Below, piece after piece: positions 38,442 through 48,092 of a stretch of DNA of 64,000 bases (positions within the stretch are counted from its first letter, which is position 1; the number at the start of each line of letters is the position of its first letter). The position numbers and the translations under genes are program-made. Source of the stretch: an uncultured Actinomycetota bacterium (GTDB lineage Bacteria; Actinomycetota; Actinomycetes; Actinomycetales; Demequinaceae); NCBI GenBank assembly GCA_963735005.1, contig CAVTJA010000008.1, positions 42,829 through 106,828 on the forward strand. The letters run 5' to 3'. Below the pieces are notes generated by a model that was not told where the DNA came from, made no database searches, and saw only the letters and a list, made by a program, of their open reading frames with translations.

Positions 38442-40997
38442 TCAAGGACCGGGACTGGGACTTGGCGGCGGCGCGAGGCACGGGCTGTAGTCCCAGCCGA
38501 TCGGCGGGTTCGTCGTGAACTCGGCAGGCGGCCACGATCCTCCCCACCAGTCGCTCGGCTTCTTGCACGGGTTCTTGCCGGGGGGCCACGTGGTGAACCA
38601 ACTCGGTAGCTTGTCGCGCGCAAGCGCGATCTTGAGAGTCTGGCCCGGACCCATCGAGGTTCCCTCCGGGACGGACTGGTAGGCGACTTTGCCGTACGGC
38701 ACGTCGAGCGTGTAGATGCGCACGCTGTCGACGGCGTACTTGAGGCCCGCGTCGTTGATCATGTTCTTGGCCTTGGTCGCGCTACGGCCGAGCACGTTCG
38801 GCGCGACGATCTGGATAGAGCCGACCCCGGGCGGCGGGGACGTAGGCAGCGGAAGGACCTTCTGGCCCTTGAGCACCTTGGTCATGTATTCGTTCCACGT
38901 GGGCCCCGAGATGGTGGCGCCATAGACGTAGGAGTACGTCTTGCCGCCGATCTTCACGTTCTGCTGTGGACGGTTCTTGTCGGGGTGGCCCAACCATGTC
39001 ACGGTGACACGCTGCGGCACGAAGCCAAGGAACCACGTGTGCGTGTTGTTCTGCGCGGTTCCAGACTTGCCAGCCGACCGGCGGCCTTTGAGCTGCACGT
39101 ACTTACCGGTACCGACCTCCATCACCTGGGTCATGGCGTATTCGACCGCGTGCGCGATCTTGACATCGAGCACCTGGCGGCACAACTCCGGGGGAACGGC
39201 GTACTCGTGGCCGTCGCGGCCAGTGATGCTGATCAGCGCGACCGGCTCGCACCGCACGCCGTCGTTCGCGAAGACGCTCGCGACGCCCGCCATGGTCAGC
39301 GGCGACGCGTTCTGGGTGCCGAGCGACATCGAGGGGACGACCTCGATGTCGGCATTGTCGGCGCGCTTAAATCCAAGCTGTACCGCCATGTCCCTGATGG
39401 CACAGAGGTCCAACCGCGAGGTCATCGCGGCGAAGGACGTGTTAATCGAGTGGGCGGTGGCGGACAACGCGGTTTGCTGGTTGGCGCCGGTGTTACCGGT
39501 GTTGCCGGGCTTCCAGATTCCGGAGCCGTTGAAGTACCCCGGAGGCAAGCAGCTTGCTTTCCACGTGTCCGGTGGCCACGCGCGGATGGCGCCGCTCACG
39601 GCCTCGGACAGGTAGTGTCCCTGGTCCAGCCACGTCGCCAACACAATCGGCTTGAACAGCGAGCCCGGCGAGAAGCCGCGGGAGCCGCCGAACGAGCGGT
39701 CGGTCGAGTAATTGATGGCGGTGGTGCCCTTCTCCGTGGAGCCGGGCGCGAACTTGCGGCCCTGCGCCATCGTGAGGATATGGCCGTTGCGAGGGTCGAC
39801 CGACACCAGTGCGTTCGCGAAGCCGTACTTGTTGACGGGCTTGAGCTTCTTGCGCAGAATCTTGTTCGCGACGCGCTGGTCGTCGATGTTGAGGGTGGTG
39901 ATGATGTTGAGACCACCGGTATAGAGAAGTTCGCTACCGCCGATCTGTTCGGTCTCGCCCTTGGAGTTCTTGACGTCGAACGTGAGGCCGGTGATCACCT
40001 TCGTGACGTAGTCGCAGAAGATGTCCGCATCTTCGGCCGCGACGCAGGAATACTTGGGCGCGACAAGTGTCAGGTAGGAGGCGAGCGGCGTCGCGACGTA
40101 TTGGTCGTACTCACTCTTGGAGATGTCGCCAACATCACGCATGACGCCCAGCACAGTGTCGCGGCGAATCTTGGTGCTGCCCATATCGCGGCTGGGGTCC
40201 CACTTGTACGGGTTCTGCGTGATGCCTGCCATGGTGGCGGCCTCGAGCGCGTTAACCTCCGCCGCTGGCTTACCGAAGTAGAACTGCGAGGCGGCCTCGA
40301 CGCCGTACACCGACCGCCCAAACTGGGCGATGTTCAGGTACCCCTCGAGGATCTTCTCCTTGCCACAGCTCACGGCCGGGTCTGGAGAACTGCAATCCTT
40401 GCCGTACTTCTCATTCATGCGGCCCTCGAGGGTCAGCGCCAGCTTCGCCTCGCGGAGCTTGCGCGCAATCGACACCTCGGTCGCGGCCTTGATGGCCTCA
40501 TAGTCGTCCTTGGCCTCGGCGTTCGCCAGCAGCGTGTTCTTGATGAGTTGCTGCGTCAGCGTAGAGGCGCCCTGGCTGTCACCAGACGTCGCGTTCGTGT
40601 ATAGGGCGCGGATGAGGCCCTGGCCGTCAACGCCATTGTGATCCCAGAAGCGCCTGTCCTCAATGTCCACGACGGCCGTCTGGATCCAGGGCGAAATCTT
40701 TTCGAGCGGGACCACCACGCGGTTCTGCGTGTAGAACGTCGCGATCAGCGTGGTGCCGTCGTTCGCGTAAATGTTCGACTGCTGCGGCAAGCGATCGAGT
40801 TGCTCGAGCTCGGGGTCAAGCTCGTCGAACAGGGCGACGCCGGTCTTGGTGGTGTTGCCCGCGACAGTCGCCACCGGAAGCAGCAACCCAGCGACGAGAA
40901 CGCCACCGAGGGTAGACAACAGAACAAAGCCCACGAGCGCGCCAACAAACTGGATGATGGTCACGCGCGGGGCACCTGAGCGAGCTTTTCGCGCCAT
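38442..40997 (-). CDS. ponA: class A penicillin-binding protein (transglycosylase/transpeptidase) with C-terminal PASTA-like domain
   Basis: GT51 motifs EDRRFWDHNGVD and GASTLTQQL, and transpeptidase motifs SLFK and KSGT. ATG at 40997 follows AAGGTAGG, with an alternative TTG at 41024. Confidence 0.92.
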   Translation of the reverse strand: MARKARSGAPRVTIIQFVGALVGFVLLSTLGGVLVAGLLLPVATVAGNTTKTGVALFDELDPELEQLDRLPQQSNIYANDGTTLIATFYTQNRVVVPLEKISPWIQTAVVDIEDRRFWDHNGVDGQGLIRALYTNATSGDSQGASTLTQQLIKNTLLANAEAKDDYEAIKAATEVSIARKLREAKLALTLEGRMNEKYGKDCSSPDPAVSCGKEKILEGYLNIAQFGRSVYGVEAASQFYFGKPAAEVNALEAATMAGITQNPYKWDPSRDMGSTKIRRDTVLGVMRDVGDISKSEYDQYVATPLASYLTLVAPKYSCVAAEDADIFCDYVTKVITGLTFDVKNSKGETEQIGGSELLYTGGLNIITTLNIDDQRVANKILRKKLKPVNKYGFANALVSVDPRNGHILTMAQGRKFAPGSTEKGTTAINYSTDRSFGGSRGFSPGSLFKPIVLATWLDQGHYLSEAVSGAIRAWPPDTWKASCLPPGYFNGSGIWKPGNTGNTGANQQTALSATAHSINTSFAAMTSRLDLCAIRDMAVQLGFKRADNADIEVVPSMSLGTQNASPLTMAGVASVFANDGVRCEPVALISITGRDGHEYAVPPELCRQVLDVKIAHAVEYAMTQVMEVGTGKYVQLKGRRSAGKSGTAQNNTHTWFLGFVPQRVTVTWLGHPDKNRPQQNVKIGGKTYSYVYGATISGPTWNEYMTKVLKGQKVLPLPTSPPPGVGSIQIVAPNVLGRSATKAKNMINDAGLKYAVDSVRIYTLDVPYGKVAYQSVPEGTSMGPGQTLKIALARDKLPSWFTTWPPGKNPCKKPSDWWGGSWPPAEFTTNPPIGWDYSPCLAPPPSPSPGP

Positions 40998-41073
40998 GGC
41001 ACCTACCTTACGTCGGACAGACAACGATCAACGACTCTCGCACGTTGCATCTCGCCGCGGTTAGGCTCGGCGT

Positions 41074-41226
41074 ATGACCACCTGGGAATACGCGACTGTA
41101 CCGCTCATCGATCACGCCACCAAGCAGATCCTCGACCAGTGGGGCGAGGACGGCTGGGAGCTCGTCTCCGTCATCATTTCCACCAGCGGCGGACTCGTCG
41201 CCTACTTCAAGCGGCCCAAGGCCTGA
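41074..41226 (+). CDS. DUF4177-like small protein (50 aa, below the track cutoff)
   Basis: MTTWEYATVPL...QWGEDGWELVSV...AYFKRPKA. The next gene starts 3 nt after its stop. Confidence 0.65.
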   Translation: MTTWEYATVPLIDHATKQILDQWGEDGWELVSVIISTSGGLVAYFKRPKA

Positions 41227-41228
41227 CC

Positions 41229-41693
41229 GTGGGCTCCGCGACCGAGCGCCTCGCCGCTTTGGGCCTCGTCCTGCCCGCCGTCCCAGCCCCCGTCGCGGCC
41301 TACGTGCCCGCCGTAAGGGACGGTCTGTACGTGTGGACGTCGGGCCAGCTGCCGTTCGTCGACGGCGAGCTGCGCGTCACCGGGCGCGTGGGCGACGAGG
41401 TCTCGGAGGAGGACGCGGCGACGCTGTGCCGCGTGGCCGCGCTCAACGGAATCGCGGCAATCGCCGACGCGGCTGGAGGGCTTGACCGCATCGCGCGCAT
41501 CGTGCGGGTGGTCGGCTACGTGGCGTCGGCGCCAGACTTCTACGGGCAGCCGCGCGTCGTCAACGGCGCTTCGGAGTTGCTCACGGAGATCTTCGGCGAC
41601 GCGGGGCGCCATGCGCGGTCGGCCGTGGGCGTGGCGGCGCTACCGCTGAACGCTCCGGTCGAGGTCGAAATTCACGCCGCGATCGAGGCGTGA
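41229..41693 (+). CDS. RidA/YjgF family protein
   Basis: GTG at 41229. [11 protein letters not shown]...GRV and [19 protein letters not shown] are typical of the family. Confidence 0.85.
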   Translation: MGSATERLAALGLVLPAVPAPVAAYVPAVRDGLYVWTSGQLPFVDGELRVTGRVGDEVSEEDAATLCRVAALNGIAAIADAAGGLDRIARIVRVVGYVASAPDFYGQPRVVNGASELLTEIFGDAGRHARSAVGVAALPLNAPVEVEIHAAIEA

Positions 41694-41724
41694 CAGCGCC
41701 AGCTGACCCCTGTGGGTCGAGCGG

Positions 41725-42420
41725 CTAGCGGGAGCGGGCGCGCAGGCGGTCGGGCTCGTATACAACCACCGAGCCCATGTGCACGTCGATCCAGCCGCGG
41801 CTGGCGAAGTCGGCGAGTGCCTTGTTGACCGTCTCGCGAGAAGCGCCAACCAGCTGGGCGAGCTCCTCCTGCGTGAGGCCGTGGCGCACCACCACGTGGC
41901 CGCGGTCGAGGTTTCCGAAGCGCTGCCCGAGATCGAGGATTGCCTTCGCCACGCGGCCGGGAACGTCGGTGAAGACGAGGTCCGCCATCGTCACGCTGGT
42001 GCGGCGGATGCGCTTGGCGAGCATCCGCAGGAACTGCCGCGACACCTCCATGTGGTCGCGCAGCCAGGCGTCGAGCACCTGCCGCGTGAGCTCGTAGACG
42101 ATGGTGTCCTCGGGCACGTGCGCACGCGCGACGCGGGGGCCAGGGTCGAAGACGCTGAGCTCGCCCACGACGTCGGGCACGCCAAACAGATTCAGCAGGT
42201 TCTCGCGGCCGTCGCGCGCGGTGCGCGCAAGCTTGACCTTGCCCTTCACGATCACGTAGAGCGAGTCGCCGGGCGCGCCCTCGAAGAAGATGACCTCGCC
42301 GCGCCGGAACTCCTTGCGCCGCATCACTGAGATGAGCGACAGCGACGTCTCGGCATCGAGGCCGGCGAGGAGGGGCGACGACCTCAGGGTCGTCTCCTCC
42401 GTTGCCGGGTCATGTGGCAT
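41725..42420 (-). CDS. crp: Crp/Fnr family cAMP-responsive transcriptional regulator
   Basis: cNMP-binding domain FEGAPGDSLYVIVKGKVKL...GELSVFD and C-terminal HTH RETVNKALADFASRGWI. Starts at the ATG at 42420. Confidence 0.92.
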   Translation of the reverse strand: MPHDPATEETTLRSSPLLAGLDAETSLSLISVMRRKEFRRGEVIFFEGAPGDSLYVIVKGKVKLARTARDGRENLLNLFGVPDVVGELSVFDPGPRVARAHVPEDTIVYELTRQVLDAWLRDHMEVSRQFLRMLAKRIRRTSVTMADLVFTDVPGRVAKAILDLGQRFGNLDRGHVVVRHGLTQEELAQLVGASRETVNKALADFASRGWIDVHMGSVVVYEPDRLRARSR

Positions 42421-42799
42421 GGCCAGCCTCCGTGCGGTTTGTCGCGCCCATCGCATCAACCATTCGGGTGGTTACACCCTCAAGATTGTCAGAAAGTCGA
42501 GATTCGTACACCTCTAGACGCGCGTCGAGTCTCGAAAGTACCTCAACAGAACGCGCCGTCAGCGCCACCGATTCCGGCCAAATCGCCGCCGCGAGCTCCG
42601 CCGGAGTGGGCGCGTCGGCCGCGAGGGCCTCCCACGCGTTGTCGAGGTCGGGATCCGAATCGGTGGCCCGGGCCATGTGCGCAATTGTCAGCTCACGGCG
42701 GGCGGATACCAGCTGGCGCCACCAGCGCACGCGCGCAAGCTCGCGGCGTAACTCGCGGCGTCGATGCCGTAGGTCCGCGATGGCAGTCGCGACGGCCAT
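42410..42799 (-). CDS. hypothetical Arg-rich helical protein overlapping the crp start
   Basis: 129 aa. ATG at 42799 follows GGAAGGGG. The sequence RHRRRELRRELARVRWWRQLVSARREL suggests a coiled coil. It overlaps crp by 11 nt. Confidence 0.6.
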   Translation of the reverse strand: MAVATAIADLRHRRRELRRELARVRWWRQLVSARRELTIAHMARATDSDPDLDNAWEALAADAPTPAELAAAIWPESVALTARSVEVLSRLDARLEVYESRLSDNLEGVTTRMVDAMGATNRTEAGHAT

Positions 42800-42882
42800 G
42801 GGAACCCCTTCCGGTGGCGGTTGTTCAATGCTTCTATCGGCTCCGGGCGGGCGCGCCTTGAGCCGCCACTTAGGGTGGGGCC

Positions 42883-43572
42883 ATGAGCAGCCGTGCGCCG
42901 ATCGTCGTCGCGACCGCGGGGGACGACGCCCCGGCCACCGCGCTCGTGCGCCGCGCCCGCCGCATCAACCGCATCCTCGCCGAGACCTACCCCGACGCGA
43001 CATGCGAGCTCGACTACCAGAATCCCTACCAGTTGCTGGTGGCCACCGTGCTGTCGGCTCAATGCACGGACGTGCGCGTCAACATGGTGACGCCCGCCCT
43101 GTTCGCCGCGTACCCGGACCCGCGGTCAATGGCTGGCGCCCGGCGGGAGGACGTCGAGGAGCTGATCCGGTCAACGGGGTTCTTCCGCTCCAAGGCGGAG
43201 TCGCTGCTGGGGCTGAGCCGCGACATCGTCGAGCGACACGGTGGCGAGGTTCCGGGCAAGCTTGGTGACTTGGTGAAGCTGCGCGGCGTGGGGCGCAAGA
43301 CAGCGAACGTGGTGCTTGGCAACGCGTTCGGCGTGCCCGGGATCACCGTCGACACGCACATGGGCAGGCTTGCCCGCAGGCTTGGGCTCACCGTCAACGA
43401 GGACCCGGTCGTGGTCGAGCGGGACCTCATGACGCTGATCGAGCGGCGCGAGTGGACGTTGTGGTCGCACCGCGTCATCTTCCACGGCCGACGCCGGTGC
43501 ACCGCGCGCAAGCCGGACTGCGCGAACTGCGAGATCGCGCGGCTGTGCCCCTCGGCGGGGACGGCCGGCTAG
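42883..43572 (+). CDS. nth: endonuclease III
   Basis: Hh[18 protein letters not shown] and Fe-S cluster motif [17 protein letters not shown]. Confidence 0.93.
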   Translation: MSSRAPIVVATAGDDAPATALVRRARRINRILAETYPDATCELDYQNPYQLLVATVLSAQCTDVRVNMVTPALFAAYPDPRSMAGARREDVEELIRSTGFFRSKAESLLGLSRDIVERHGGEVPGKLGDLVKLRGVGRKTANVVLGNAFGVPGITVDTHMGRLARRLGLTVNEDPVVVERDLMTLIERREWTLWSHRVIFHGRRRCTARKPDCANCEIARLCPSAGTAG

Positions 43573-44870
43573 TTGTCGGCTGGCTGGTCAGCCTGCGCGC
43601 CGGCGGCCTCAACCGCGATGGGCGTCGACCGGTTCTCGTAGATGCGCCGGTAGTGGCGGTCGCGCCAGGAGAGGATCAGCGCGCCAGCCACGGCAGCAAT
43701 CGCGGACGCGAGCAACACGGCGGCCTTGACCTTGTCGCTCTCGCGCTCGCCAAAGGCGAGGTCGCCAATTAGTAGGGACACCGTGAAGCCGATGCCAGCG
43801 ACCACAGCTACGCCGAACACGTCCCACCAGGACAGCCCTCGGTCGAGCCGCGCGCGGGTGAAGTTGGCGACCAGGACGGTCGCGATCAGGATGCCAACGG
43901 GCTTGCCGAGCACGAGCCCGAGCGCGACGCCCTGGCTGGGAGCGTCGTGGATGACCGCGGCGAGCGCTTTGGCGTTCATGGCGACGCCGGCCGCGAAGAA
44001 CGCGAACACCGGCACGGCCACGCCGGCCGACCACGGCGACCACGCGTGCTCCCAGCGCTCCACGACGCTCTTGCGTTCATCCGCGCGCTTGCGGGCCGGC
44101 AGGACGAGTCCGAGCGCCACGCCCGCGATGGTCGCATGTATCCCGGACTGGTGCACGCACAACCAAGCGATCAGGGCAAGCGGCACGAGCAGCCAGGGGC
44201 TGAGGATGCGAAGCCTCGCCAGGATCGCGAACAGCGCGATCGCGACAACGGCGCCCGCGAGCCACAGTGGCGCGAAGCCGTGCGAATAGAAGGCGGCGAT
44301 GATGATGATCGCGAGCAGGTCGTCCACGACCGCGAGCGTGAGCAGGAAGGCGCGCAGCGCGTGGGGAAGCCGCCGGCCCACAACGGAGACAACCGCGAGC
44401 GCGAAGGCGATGTCGGTGGCGGTGGGTATTGCCCACCCGTCCAGCCGGCCACCCTCGCTGCTGTTCACCGCGAGGTACAACAGCGCGGGGATGGCCATTC
44501 CGCCGATCGCGGCGACGATGGGGACGACGGCGGTGGCGGGCTTACGTAGCTCACCCACCACAAGTTCGCGCTTGAGCTCAAGCCCGATCACGAAGAAGAA
44601 CACCGCAAGCAGGCCATCCTTTGCCCATTCCGCGAGTGTGAGGTCAAGGCGGAGGTGGAGGCCGAAGATGGAGGGGTCGCCGAGCGGGACGGCGTCGCGG
44701 ATGGTCTCGTAGCCGCTTGACCATGCGCTGTTGACCCACACGATCGCGATCACGGTGCCGATCAGCATCAGCGCGCCGCCCACGCGGTCGCTGCGTAGCG
44801 TCTCGATCAGGGTGCGCTCGGTCGACGGAGTGAGGCGCGTAAACAGGCGCCCCGCAGCCGTGCGAACCAT
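43569..44870 (-). CDS. nhaA: Na+/H+ antiporter NhaA
   Basis: 433 aa, polytopic. The motif [12 protein letters not shown] and the ATDIAFAL region are typical of NhaA. Confidence 0.9.
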   Translation of the reverse strand: MVRTAAGRLFTRLTPSTERTLIETLRSDRVGGALMLIGTVIAIVWVNSAWSSGYETIRDAVPLGDPSIFGLHLRLDLTLAEWAKDGLLAVFFFVIGLELKRELVVGELRKPATAVVPIVAAIGGMAIPALLYLAVNSSEGGRLDGWAIPTATDIAFALAVVSVVGRRLPHALRAFLLTLAVVDDLLAIIIIAAFYSHGFAPLWLAGAVVAIALFAILARLRILSPWLLVPLALIAWLCVHQSGIHATIAGVALGLVLPARKRADERKSVVERWEHAWSPWSAGVAVPVFAFFAAGVAMNAKALAAVIHDAPSQGVALGLVLGKPVGILIATVLVANFTRARLDRGLSWWDVFGVAVVAGIGFTVSLLIGDLAFGERESDKVKAAVLLASAIAAVAGALILSWRDRHYRRIYENRSTPIAVEAAGAQADQPADN

Positions 44871-44903
44871 GCGAACTCCCCGGTCGAGTGAACAGGGCTC
44901 ATC

Positions 44904-45626
44904 CTACCGAGCGGCTGGGTCCTCGACCTTCGTGTCCGCCGAGGGCGGAGGCGTCGGAGCGGGGTCGAACCGGTAGCCGACGTTGCGCACCGTGCCGATC
45001 AGTTGTTCATGCTCCGCGCCAAGCTTGGCGCGCAGGCGTCGCACGTGAACGTCCACGGTGCGCGTGCCGCCGTAGTAGTCGAAGCCCCACACCTCTTGGA
45101 GCAGCTGGTCGCGCGTGTAAACGCGGCCTGGGTGCTGCATCAGGTATTTGAGGAGCTCGAACTCCTTGTACGTGAGGTCAAGCGGCTTGCCTTTGAGGCG
45201 AGCGGTGTAACCGCCGGTATCCACCATCAGCTCTCCGGACGAGAACTCGGAGGCCGAGCGCGTGGGGTCAACCTGGTCTGCGCGGCCGATCAGTAGCCGG
45301 AGGCGCGCGTCGACCTCGGCCGGGGCGGCGCCCGCCAGCACGACGTCGTCCGCGCCCCAGTCTGCGTTGACGACGGACATGCCACCCTCGCTGAGCACCA
45401 GTAGGAGCGGGACGGAGAGGCCGGTGGCCTGCACGAGCTTGCAGGTGTTGCGCGAGCCCACAAGGTCCGTGCGGGCATCGATCAACACGATGTCGGCGTC
45501 GAGCGCCTCGACCATCGCGGAGGGCTCTGGGGGCAGGACCCGGGTGCGGTGTCCGAGCAGTGCGAGCGCGGGCAAGACGTCGGACGCCCCATCAGGCGAC
45601 GACGTCAAGACCAGCAGGTCTGCCAT
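44904..45626 (-). CDS. glnR: OmpR-family orphan response regulator GlnR (atypical receiver)
   Basis: LLVLTSSP...[37 protein letters not shown] and a winged-helix C-terminus match the GlnR pattern. ATG at 45626 lies 6 nt after GGAGG. Confidence 0.8.
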   Translation of the reverse strand: MADLLVLTSSPDGASDVLPALALLGHRTRVLPPEPSAMVEALDADIVLIDARTDLVGSRNTCKLVQATGLSVPLLLVLSEGGMSVVNADWGADDVVLAGAAPAEVDARLRLLIGRADQVDPTRSASEFSSGELMVDTGGYTARLKGKPLDLTYKEFELLKYLMQHPGRVYTRDQLLQEVWGFDYYGGTRTVDVHVRRLRAKLGAEHEQLIGTVRNVGYRFDPAPTPPPSADTKVEDPAAR

Positions 45627-45681
45627 GCTCACCTCCGAATGGATTTACTGTACCGGCGCAGACAATGGGACACTGACCGGC

Positions 45682-46419
45682 ATGAACCCGACTACGCGCG
45701 CCACGGTGGCGTTTGCCTCGGCTGCGTCTATCGCGGCTGGCGGCTACTTTGGCTACCAATGGCTCGCCGTTGCCGTGCTCACGAGCGTATTTGTGCTCGC
45801 GCTCGGCTGGCCCGTGCTCACCTGGGTCCCGCACTGGCTCACCGGTAGCGCGATCGTGCTGGGCGGCGGGGCGCTCGCGACGGTCGGCGTGCTCATCGGT
45901 GACGAACGCCCCCCGTTCTTGCGCCACATGGTGGTCGCGCTCGCCGTGACGGTCCTCGCCGCGCTCGCCGTCGAGGTCATCCGCCCCAGCCCTCCGGGTC
46001 AGGTCGTGACCGCCGTCGCTGGCACCATCACCGGCGTCACCGTGGCGGCGTCGGGTGCCGCGTGGATCGCGGCTGCGCGCACGCCGGGCGCCGAGGACCT
46101 CGTCGTCGCTGGGGCGTTGTCGCTCGCGGTGGCCGCCCTTGCCTCCACCGCCACATCCCGCATGAGTATCAACGCCATCGCCGCGCTGACGCTCGGCGCG
46201 GCTTCCGGTGTCGCCGCCGGCATCTTCTTCGACTCCATCCAGTGGTACGCGGGGGCGCTCGTCGGCCTATTCTGCGCGGGCTCCGTCGTCACCATCCACG
46301 AGCTGACGCGCCGGGACATCATGAACACGAGCACGTGGTCGGGAATAGCCGCGGGCATCTCCCCGGTTACTGTCGCGGGCACCCTGGTGTACATCGGCGG
46401 CCGCCTACTGGTGGGCTAG
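45682..46419 (+). CDS. hypothetical polytopic membrane protein
   Basis: The ATG at 45682 gives 245 aa with about 7 hydrophobic segments. The track ORF 45262.. is over-extended. Confidence 0.65.
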   Translation: MNPTTRATVAFASAASIAAGGYFGYQWLAVAVLTSVFVLALGWPVLTWVPHWLTGSAIVLGGGALATVGVLIGDERPPFLRHMVVALAVTVLAALAVEVIRPSPPGQVVTAVAGTITGVTVAASGAAWIAAARTPGAEDLVVAGALSLAVAALASTATSRMSINAIAALTLGAASGVAAGIFFDSIQWYAGALVGLFCAGSVVTIHELTRRDIMNTSTWSGIAAGISPVTVAGTLVYIGGRLLVG

Positions 46420-46428
46420 GAGGCGCGC

Positions 46429-46866
46429 ATGGGCGACGGACTGATCGTGATTGCGGCGATCCTTGCCGCGTCCACGGTCGCGTACCTGTGGTGGGACCGG
46501 CGCGACGGGCGCGTCCGCAGGCTCCAGGACCCGGAGGGCGCGCTGTCGTCCGAGAAGATCGGCGGCAAGCGAGGGGCGCGCGCGACGTTCGTCCAGTTCT
46601 CGACACCCATGTGCGCAAAGTGCCCCGGCACCCGGGAGCTCCTCAAGCGCGTCGCCGCTGACTACCCGGGCGTGACCCACGTGGACATCGACGCCGCCGA
46701 GCGCCTGGACATGGCGCGCGAATTCGACATCATGCGCACGCCCACGATCCTTGTGCTCAACCATGAGGGCGTCCCGGTCGCGAGAATCTCCGGCGCCCCG
46801 TCGGACGCGCAAGCGCGCGAGGCGCTCGAACAAGCGCCGCCACCCACGATCGAATACAGCATCTAG
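46429..46866 (+). CDS. membrane-anchored thioredoxin-fold protein (CxxC)
   Basis: N-terminal TM helix, FVQFSTPMCAKCPG (a CAKC active site) and RTPTILVL. Confidence 0.8.
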   Translation: MGDGLIVIAAILAASTVAYLWWDRRDGRVRRLQDPEGALSSEKIGGKRGARATFVQFSTPMCAKCPGTRELLKRVAADYPGVTHVDIDAAERLDMAREFDIMRTPTILVLNHEGVPVARISGAPSDAQAREALEQAPPPTIEYSI

Positions 46867-46888
46867 ACTTCTGCGCGGGAGGAACACC

Positions 46889-47416
46889 ATGGCAACCACC
46901 AAGAAGACGCCTGCCGCGAAGACGCCGGCAGGCCCCAAGAAGCCCGCTGTCGTGCCCGGCACCACCGCCGAGGACGTCCAGCTCGACCCCCGCGGCTACC
47001 GCTTCGGCGCCGGGGTGACCGCGCTGTTCGCGATCGCCGCCCTACTGCTGGTGTCAGCCGACCAGCTGCTCGCCGCGTCCATTGTGATGGCCGCCATGGT
47101 CCTCAAGTTCCTGCCAGGCGCGACTGTCGGCCCGCAGGCGACCCTGCAGGCGTTCCTGTTCAAGAAGCTCATCCGGCCGCGCATCGGCGCCCCGGCCGAG
47201 ACCGAGTCGTTCCGCCCGCCGCGCTTCGCGCAGCAGATGGGCTTCACGATGGCCGTGCTCGGCGCCGTCATGGGCTTCGTGGGCATCGCCTGGGGCGTGT
47301 ACCTGTGGGCGGGCATGATCCTGTTCGCGTCGTTCCTCAACTCCGTGTTCGGATTCTGCCTGGGTTGCGAGATTTACCTGCTGCTCAAGCGGACGTTCTC
47401 CGCGAAGACCGCCTAG
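46889..47416 (+). CDS. DUF4395-like membrane protein
   Basis: ATG at 46889 follows GGGAGGAA. A Lys/Pro-rich N-terminus is followed by four hydrophobic segments ending FGFCLGCEIYLL. Confidence 0.7.
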   Translation: MATTKKTPAAKTPAGPKKPAVVPGTTAEDVQLDPRGYRFGAGVTALFAIAALLLVSADQLLAASIVMAAMVLKFLPGATVGPQATLQAFLFKKLIRPRIGAPAETESFRPPRFAQQMGFTMAVLGAVMGFVGIAWGVYLWAGMILFASFLNSVFGFCLGCEIYLLLKRTFSAKTA

Positions 47417-47445
47417 CCGGCGCACGCCGCCCGTAGACTGGCACC

Positions 47446-47556
47446 ATGAGCACGCTCGAATGGTTCTTCGCCATCCTTGGCGGCGCGGCGGCGCTGGGCA
47501 CCGCGTGGGTCTGTGGCGTGGTCGCGTGGCGGCTACTCAAAAGCCCTGACTCGTGA
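47446..47556 (+). CDS. possible 36-aa single-helix membrane peptide
   Basis: MSTLEWFFAILGGAAALGTAWVCGVVAWRLLKSPDS. Its stop overlaps the GTG of the next gene (GTGA). The RBS is weak. Confidence 0.35.
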   Translation: MSTLEWFFAILGGAAALGTAWVCGVVAWRLLKSPDS

Positions 47557-48083
47557 CCTTCACGTTCCCCGACGGGCTGGCGCCCGAGGCATACCCGCTC
47601 GCCTGGCTGGTGGGCGAGTGGCGCGGCACCGGCATCGTCGAATACCCGGAGATCCCGCGCGCGACCTTCGAGCACGTGGTGACGTTCGACCACGACGGCG
47701 GCCCCTACCTCAGCTACACGTCGACCATGACGCTGTTCTCGGACGACGGCCCCGGCCAGGTATGGTCCGCCGAGTCGGGCTTCTGGCGGGTCGCGCCCGA
47801 GGCTGCCGAGGGCATCGAGCTCCGAGAGGGCCAGGCGCCGCTCGAGGTCCTTATCGCCGACGCCGCAGGCATCCTGTCGCTCTACGTGGGCACGGTGGGC
47901 AATGGGCGCGTTGACCTTGCAACCGATCTCATGGCGCGCACCGCGACCGCCGCCGAGGTGGCGGGGGCGACCCGCATGTATGGCCTCGTCAACAGCCGCC
48001 TGCTGTGGGCGTGGGACTTGGCGGCGTTCGGAAACGAGCTGCGTTCGTACGCCTCTGCCGAGCTCGATCGCGTCGAGACCTAG
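47553..48083 (+). CDS. nitrobindin/FABP-like (DUF1794) heme-binding beta-barrel protein
   Basis: LAWLVGEWRGTGIVEYP and C-terminal NSRLLWAWDLAAFG are typical of the family. Confidence 0.8.
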   Translation: MTFTFPDGLAPEAYPLAWLVGEWRGTGIVEYPEIPRATFEHVVTFDHDGGPYLSYTSTMTLFSDDGPGQVWSAESGFWRVAPEAAEGIELREGQAPLEVLIADAAGILSLYVGTVGNGRVDLATDLMARTATAAEVAGATRMYGLVNSRLLWAWDLAAFGNELRSYASAELDRVET

Positions 48084-48092
48084 GAATCCCTG

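Noticed and set aside
42410-42799. RsiG-like c-di-GMP-binding anti-sigma factor (E-x3-S-x2-R-x3-Q-x3-D helix motif) upstream of crp.
   Set aside because: The helices are Arg-rich and superficially similar, but neither helix contains the full motif when read residue by residue. No claim is made beyond an unassigned helical protein.
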